Below, piece after piece: positions 57,377 through 64,000 of a stretch of 64,000 nucleotides of DNA (position 1 is the stretch's first letter; the number at the start of each line of letters is the position of its first letter). The notes under the pieces were generated by a model that made no database searches, was not told the origin of the DNA, and saw nothing but the letters and a program-made list of their open reading frames with translations. This DNA comes from Eledone cirrhosa. Taxonomy: Eukaryota. Both the position numbers and the translations under genes were made by a program. The stretch spans positions 15,810,001-15,874,000 of the forward strand of contig OZ024754.1 in assembly GCA_964016885.1 (NCBI GenBank). The letters run 5' to 3'.

Positions 57377-57738
57377 TTATTAATTGTTGGTATTATCTTC
57401 ATTGTCATCATTTTGATTGGCAGAATTGGTAGAGCATCGGACAATATGCTTTGCAACACAGAGTTACGGTTCTTTATGTTCTGAATTTAAATCCCACCGA
57501 GGTTAACTTAGCCGTTCATCCTTACAGGGTCGATAAAATAAAGTACCAGTCATACACTGGGGCTGATTTAATCGACTTTCCCTTCCCATAAAATTGCTTG
57601 TCTTGTGCCTATATCAGAAACCCTTACATCTGCTGTATCTGTTGTTAACATTCAATTCTACTTATTTGGCTACTGTAAATATGTAGGTGTGTTCTTTCTT
57701 ATCAAATGTAAACAGGAAAGAAATGAATCAAGTAGCCA

Positions 57739-57934
57739 CCAATGAGATTTTGACAACAAAGAATGTTAATTGTATATAAGGTTGTTTATTAAACGAAAAT
57801 TGTCAGATAATCTTCCAAACTGGTTGTCTTTTGTGTTACTTGGTTGTCTCTTACATTGCTAGTTGTCCAGCCGCACTGAAATTATCACAGAAGGAATATT
57901 TCACTGCAAACTTCCAATCTATTTGTTTGTCAAA
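57739..57934 (+). promoter_or_regulatory. Candidate CCAAT/TATA promoter and non-coding exon of the secreted cytochrome c-like gene
   Basis: CCAAT at 57739-57743, TATATAAG at 57773-57780, then an ATG-free segment ending in the donor AAA|GTGAGT at 57935. The first coding exon has an acceptor at 59206, so an upstream exon is needed. Confidence 0.45.
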
Positions 57935-59212
57935 GTGAGTCGTTAATTTAACTTTAATCTTTCTGACATTCATTTATTTATGTATCTATCTATCTTTTTT
58001 CTTTCTATACTTACCTCACTCCTCTTTCTCTCTGTTTATTTATCTGTCTGTCTGTCACTCTGTCCCTTTGTTTTTCTCTCATTTTCTCTCTGTCTCCCTG
58101 TCCCCACATGGCATGTTGGTGGTCTCTAAAACATGTTAAGGCAAGGCAAGACATTAATAGCATTAACACAAATAATAGTGGGGCTGAAGCATTAGAATAG
58201 TCAAATACCCTTACTAGGAGCATCATCTAATACTGCAGTAAAGCTGGGTGAAAGTGAGACTAAGGCACTGGAATAACCAAAAACCCTCACCAAGAGCATC
58301 ACCTAATACTTCAGTAAGATTGCCATTGCTTAGGAGCATTTCCAGAGATCCAAGCCAGTGACTGGCAGTTGCATATTATCTTAGGCAAACAGTTGAAGTT
58401 TCCACACAGTTCATTGTACCAACATTATATGAAGCATTGTAAAATATGTAATTAAGGATCTTTTGGGAAATCTGTTTCAATATAAAGAGGAAAGTAAGAT
58501 AAGACAAAAGAGTAGTTTTTATCCTACATTTCATATTTCATATTGTTATGAAATATAAAATTATTGTTTTCTTTATTGTTCGTATTTTACTCTACTCCAC
58601 CATTCTATCATTATATTTTCTATTTTATCGACCCTGTAAGGATGAAAGGCAAAGAGGTTAACTTTGCCTTTCATCTTTATGGGGTCGATAAAATAATGTA
58701 CCAGTATTGTACTGGGTAATTGCTGGCCTTGTGCCAAAAGTAGAAACAATTATATTTTCTATTTGCATTGTACCAACTTTCCCAATACATTCACATTTTT
58801 TTCCGTGTTTGTAAGTTATTTGCAAAATAAAAGAAATTTAGAAATTTACAGTTACTAAGATAGTAAGATATTGTTTTCATTAACCTTTTAGCATTTACAT
58901 TACTCTATATATACTATTGTATTTTCATGGTGAAGGCTTTACCTCACATAACTATCTCACATAATATTGAATCTACAAGATTTTGATGTTATTTAGTTTG
59001 AGAACAATACCTTAATTTAGGTATGAGAGACTAGTTACAGCCGATTTGAACAGAAAGAGGTGAGTGAATTCTGGCTGGATATGGCCTATTTAAATGCTAG
59101 CGGGTTAATCAACTTTGCTCTTCCCTAAAATTTGCCCAAAGTAAATTAACAAAACTAAACTGTCAGAAAGTAAATTGCTTTAAAACAATTGTAATTTCTG
59201 TTCTAGGACATC

Positions 59213-59261
59213 ATGAAGCTCATCCTACTAACAGTATGTCTATATATGGTAATAAACCATG
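59213..59261 (+). CDS. Secreted heme-less cytochrome c-like protein, coding exon 1 (signal peptide)
   Basis: Acceptor ttctgttctag|gacatcATG; translation MKLILLTVCLYMVINH; consensus phase-1 donor G|GTAAGT at 59262. Confidence 0.72.
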
Positions 59262-59399
59262 GTAAGTAACTATTTATAAGAATAACATTGAAAGAGATAG
59301 AAGGCTAAACAATGCAAAATGGACTGTAAGATAAGGTAATGAAATGTAAGTTGCCTGGTAATTTTGTTTTGTTTTTTTGTTGTTGTTCTTTTTCCTGTC

Positions 59400-60300
59400 C
59401 AATATTTTGGGACCTAAAAGTCCCTTCTTCAAGGTTTAAGGAACTATCAGTGGATAATGTTCCAATTTCCTTTCTTTGGGATTAAATTTTGATTTTGATT
59501 TAAATTTTTCAAAAGTCGTTTTCAAGCGTTTTTTGATAGTTATTTCGCTCTTCTCGAGAATTACATCTATTGCCAATATAGTATTTCACAGAATCAATTT
59601 TCTTTTTTGCATGAGATGTTTAGTTTGCATACCTGTGGATGTGTCTTTTTATGTCAAGTACTGTGTGCTGAGTTCTAATCTATTATTTATTTGTGGGTTG
59701 AGTCTACGTATGAACAAGACTTCCTTAATTCTTAAGTTTCCCACATTTCTATCACTGGCTTTAATGGTAACAGTAATATCTTGGTTAACGTTTCTACATT
59801 TGTCAATGTGTTTTTTGAATAAGGATGCGTGTGTGTTGAGGTGTTCTTTAATGCGAGTGTGGAGTGCTCGGGTCGTGCTACCAATGTAGAACTCCTTACA
59901 TTTGTTGTACTCAATCAGGTATACCACATGTGTCCACTGGCAAATACCTGTATCGCGGATGGGGCAGTTAGTCAGCAAGCATTGATTGTTGTTGTCTCTG
60001 GATTGCTTTTTAGACAGGTATCCACGCAGTGAAGGGCCCGAATGTACTAATTGTATGTCCAGTCCTTCTCTGCGGATAGTTCTGCGGATAGCTGTGGTTT
60101 TGCTTTCGCTGAAATGTGGTCATTTCGTGAAACAGGTGTTAGAGGAGGTCTTATGCCTGCAGTGCCTTCGATTCTTAAGTTGATTCATTGTGGATGTTGG
60201 GGATCCGTTCATCTTCAGTACATCTGTGAAGTGTGCAGTGTCAGTGATCTGGTCCTCTGTCTTACTACATTTATTCCGGCTACGCGTAAGTTCATTTCTT
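59400..60300 (-). mobile_element. Penelope-like fragment (GIY-YIG) inside an intron
   Basis: ORF 59649-59978: CPI...C...VVYLIE..KCKEFYIGSTTRALHTRIKEH...LRIKE...IRRLNPQINNR. Confidence 0.85.
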
Positions 60301-60624
60301 ATGTATCCAGTTTTAGCACCAAGGGGAAGGGCTGATCTATAATGAACAAACAGGTCTCTGCTGGCAGCTTTCTTATAGAAGTTGATGTATATAGCAACTT
60401 CTAGATTTCCATCTTAGAGTAACAGAAGGTGCTATACATGTAATCACTGTTATACGTGTTTCCATGGCATCTATTATGTAATACTCAGTTACAATCACAT
60501 CAGACAGTTTTTTACTCGTACAAACATATACACAGTAAGTTCCTATACTACATTTTTCATGCATACTAACATTACGTATCCAATGGCAGTAATTCATATT
60601 GTCTCATTTTTATTCTTATTTCAG

Positions 60625-60676
60625 ATATTTGTTTGGCAACCAAATATGGTCATGACATTTTTAAGAGAGCATTACA
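60625..60676 (+). CDS. Secreted cytochrome c-like protein, coding exon 2 (end of signal peptide plus KR propeptide)
   Basis: Acceptor ttttattcttatttcag|AT; translation (D)ICLATKYGHDIFKRAL; phase-2 donor CA|GTAAGA. Phases fit both neighbouring exons. Confidence 0.7.
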
Positions 60677-61099
60677 GTAAGAATAAATTTTTAAAATCTA
60701 AAGAAAAGGGTTTTATATCTGATTAGTTATTTGAAGGAAAATGTTGATAAGCTTACTTATTTGTAATTTTGTTTTGTTATCATATTTCTAATGAAACAAT
60801 ACCTGTGAGTTTCAACTAATTTTGAAAATAATCAAATATTTGGATGAATTTAATAAAATAACTGATTTTTTCATTTGTAAGCTAATGTTTGGAACATTAT
60901 TTAACAAGAATTAAGGTTAACTTTGCCTTTGATCCTTACGGGGTCGATAAAATAAAACACCAGTAATGCACTGGGGTAATTGCTGACCTTGTGTCAAAAG
61001 TAGAAACAATTATTTAACAAGAATTTCTTGAACAAAATTAAGATGGAAGGTTTCAATATAAATATATCTTTAAATGGGCAGTTTTCTATCACAAAAACC

Positions 61100-61382
61100 A
61101 CTCCGGGTAGAACTGCTACATCTCTGAATTGTGAGATCACAGCTCTGCTACTATGGACATGTGGTTAGAATGCCTCAGGAAAGAATTGCTGGACTGATTT
61201 TACAGGCAAAACCAACCGGCAAGAGACCCAAGGGTGGATCCTATGCAAGATGTTTGGATAAGATCCATGAGCTTGGCTGGTCTCGCTTGGGGTCCAGCCA
61301 TATAAATTGGAGACGGTCACTTCTGACAGGACCTGCTGGAAGGAGTACTTGAGGAATAAGTAAAGAAGAAGAAGAAGAAGAA
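61100..61382 (+). mobile_element. RTE LINE 3' fragment (intronic)
   Basis: RSQLCYYGHVVRMPQERIA...GKRPKG with a (GAA)n tail. An RT piece of the same clade lies at ~61715-62110 (QCSFRPG, CFVD.KKAYD.IP). Confidence 0.7.
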
Positions 61383-61491
61383 ATATATGTACAATGAAAT
61401 ACGTATATTTTTCATGCTTACATGCCTATATATTCAGTGACGAGGATGACGACATCCTCTTACTTTTGTTTCACCAACTTCTACATTTTAG

Positions 61492-61628
61492 GTCAGAAGG
61501 AATTACTCAAAAGGATATTCGTGTTGGCAAGAACTATTATAACAGATTCAGCGGACACCTATTGCTTATATGTGGCAATAATGATGAAGAAGTTGGTATG
61601 ATGAATATTTCAGATGACTCTCAAATGG
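61492..61628 (+). CDS. Secreted cytochrome c-like protein, coding exon 3 (degenerate heme-binding half)
   Basis: Long pyrimidine tract ...cttctacattttag|G; translation (Q)SEGITQKDIRVGKNYYNRFSGHLLLICGNNDEEVGMMNISDDSQM; phase-1 donor G|GTAAGT at 61629. An alternative in-frame acceptor at 61437 would start the exon at 61438. Confidence 0.75.
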
Positions 61629-62219
61629 GTAAGTTTTCTTTAATTAGGAAATATAATCCTAATTTTCAAAAAGGGAAACAAGAGCTATTACACTAATTAT
61701 AGAAAAATCTCGTTTTTAAACCTTCCTAGTAAAGTCTATGGCAAATAGATGTAGGGGTATTGTTGAATCCAAGCTAGCTGATAAACAGTGTAGTTTTCGC
61801 CCTGGATGCAACATAGCCAACCAAATATTCCCATTATGGCAGATCTTCAAGAAATTTTGAATGTATTGCCAAGAGGTGTATGCTTGTTTCGTAGACCCCA
61901 AAAAGGCATATGACTGCATTCCATGGAACTTGCTGTGGAAGCTTCTGCAGGGGCATATGATCAATGGACAACTTGTTGCCTTGAAGTTCTTATATGTATG
62001 CCCTAGTGTTTGGACAAATAACCATTCAGTGTGTCAGACTTTGCCAAGGGTTTGCAGTGTCTTCTCTCCTGCCATAATTTTCATGAACAGAATTGACATG
62101 AACAGCCAGGTTAGAAGTAGTAGTACTAATACCAGTGGGTGTAGGATATATATATATAAACAGATACAGGGATAGCTGTGGTTAAGGAGCTAATTTGGCA
62201 ATCATGCAATATTGAACTT

Positions 62220-62570
62220 TACAGAGTTAGCTGTGTGAATTTTAATGTAGAACCAACATTACCATCGTACAGCATAAATTTTATCATGGATCCAGTATTA
62301 TTACTTTCCAGAATTAACTGGGTATATTTTATCATAGCACCAGCACTACCACTTTACAGGGTAGACTGGGGGCATTTTATTGTGGCACCAGTACTATTAA
62401 TTTTGCAGAGTGCACTGGTTGCATTTTATTGTGACACCTAGTACTAGTAAAGTACTATCACTTTACAGAGTTTACTGAAGGAATTTTACCATGGCACCAA
62501 TGCTACAACTTTCCTGAGTGCACGGGGGGGGGGGGATTTTATTGTGGCAGCAGCTCTACCACTTTACACC
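62220..62570 (-). repeat. Degenerate tandem array related to the 48-bp minisatellite
   Basis: Units like ctgggtatattttatcatagcaccagcactaccactttacag are reverse complements of the 40940-42620 unit; the same motif occurs at 1-73. Confidence 0.7.
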
Positions 62571-62599
62571 GTTAAATATATAAATATTTTATTTTTTAG

Positions 62600-62751
62600 G
62601 TCGTATTTACCACCGTGATGAGCTCAAGTTATTTTTGACAAATCCAAAGAAATACGTGCCTGGTACAAGGTTGGTATTTGCTGGCATTAAAAAAAAAAGG
62701 GAACGGGAAAGTCTTATAAAATATTTAATCTATTTGTGCAAGGAACATTAA
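62600..62751 (+). CDS. Secreted cytochrome c-like protein, coding exon 4 (cytochrome c C-terminal half, Met80->Leu)
   Basis: Acceptor ttttattttttag|GT; translation (G)[49 protein letters not shown]. Aligns without gaps to exon 2 of the neighbouring cytochrome c (24/49 identical by eye) at the same intron position and phase. Confidence 0.9.
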
Positions 62752-63364
62752 AAAAGAGTTGATTGGAGGTGATTAAAATTTTGTAAAAGATTTTTTCTTT
62801 ATTGGCCTTTCTTTACAACTGGAGCAATTGTGAGAAATCAAGATCAGATTTGTAAGCAGCTCTTTGTAATAACTATTCTCAGTGTCTTATAATTATTTTA
62901 ACTAAGTCAAGCAATATAGTATATTCTGTGTAATAACACACTGGATTTTAGTTCATAACAGTTACAGTATATGCTTCTTAAAGATTAAATTACTATATTT
63001 CCCTTCCAATGTCTCTCTTTCTCAGAGATTAAAGTATATATCTCAATCTGTTGTTGTTATTCTTGTTGTTTTGCCCCAGGCCAGCCCTGATTGAGCAGCT
63101 TATCCAGAAATTGAGTCTTTTTTACAGCAAAGCAGATTTACAGGAAACCTACTCTCTTATATCACTAATGAGTGGGTCCTTGCTCTCGAGAAATCTGGCA
63201 AAAAACAATGTCATAGTATTTGATGATGCATGTCTGGTAAGAAAACATAAAAACCTCCAAGACGAGTTGCCTGTCTAAGGGATTCATCAGTCTCTCATTT
63301 CAGAAGCTTCGTGCTAGATCTCTTCGCTACCGCTTGCACCAGTGAAATTATCTTTATAATAATA

Positions 63365-63965
63365 ATAATGAAAATATTGTGTACAGTGCTCAGGTGCACT
63401 ACAACTCATCAAAAGTGTATGTAAAGTACATAGGGTAGTGTACATACGTCAGGAAAATGAACAGAGCACGAGTCATGATATACACATAAATGAATGTGTA
63501 TGGAAGGGGGACATCAGGTGTAGTTTTGGTGAATTTCGGGAAGCATGAAGGTTTTAAAGGATGCAGTGTCTCGGCAGCTAACAACTGACGCAGGTAGTTT
63601 GTTTCATGCTTCAGCAACTCTAAGCGTGAAAAAATGTTTCCAAAAGTCATGGGAACTGTGCTGTTTTCTGACTGTAGGCATGTCCATGTGTGTTAGACAC
63701 ATGGAGATCAAAAAGGTGCTCAGGGTTGTTGTTGGCGAGATGGTTAATAACTTTGTGGGTGTTTACCAAGTCCATTGCCAGACGTCGGACCTTCAATGAA
63801 TCCATGCCCAGGGAAGCAAGGCGTTCAGAGTATGGTAGGTGTCTGATGGAGGGTATGCGCTTGGTTGCACGTCTCTGAACAGTTTCCAGGAGGTCAATGT
63901 TCTGAGCAAGATAGGGGTTTCAGACTGATGATGCGAATTCCAAGTGTGGTCATACCATAGCTGTA
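63365..63965 (-). mobile_element. CR1/L2-clade LINE 3' fragment (same family as 7540-8570)
   Basis: Closely similar to 7540-8110 and ends in a (TAA)n tail; another short 3' end lies at ~40445-40570. Confidence 0.9.
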
Positions 63966-64000
63966 TGACTGATGCCAAGACCCCCCCCCCCCCCCCCCTC

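Noticed and set aside
59395-59437. Possible hammerhead in the intronic Penelope tail (minus strand)
   Set aside because: Stem II is present but both core halves are mutated (TTGAAGA, AAAA); at best a dead relic.
61394-61696. 100-aa ORF as a standalone gene
   Set aside because: Only its central part, between acceptor and GTAAGT donor, fits the spliced cytochrome c-like gene; the flanks are intronic.

Overview
AT-rich, repeat-dense animal genomic DNA; the SINE and microsatellite landscape resembles an octopod cephalopod (inference). Three host genes are supported, all on the + strand. (1) The last coding exon of WDR24 (GATOR2 subunit) at 1494-1629. (2) A canonical cytochrome c with two coding exons (45374-45554, 46419-46567) and a possible distant non-coding first exon behind an ETS-CRE motif at about 29.8 kb. 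(3) A four-exon cytochrome c paralogue about 12.6 kb downstream (59213-62751), which the ORF track misses as a gene. It has gained a signal peptide and a KR-ended propeptide and has lost every heme ligand (CAQCH->SGHLL, Met80->Leu). It keeps the ancestral introns and has a Cys pair placed like the known 20-102 disulfide of bullfrog cytochrome c. This apparently secreted, heme-less cytochrome c derivative is the main finding. The rest is mobile DNA: Penelope-like elements with several hammerhead ribozymes, a nested 8-kb inverted-repeat structure, CR1/L2, RTE, L1/Tx1 and CRE-like LINE fragments, pogo, Merlin and hAT DNA elements, tRNA-derived SINEs, and 74-, 45- and 48-bp minisatellites. All alignments, folds and counts were done by eye.
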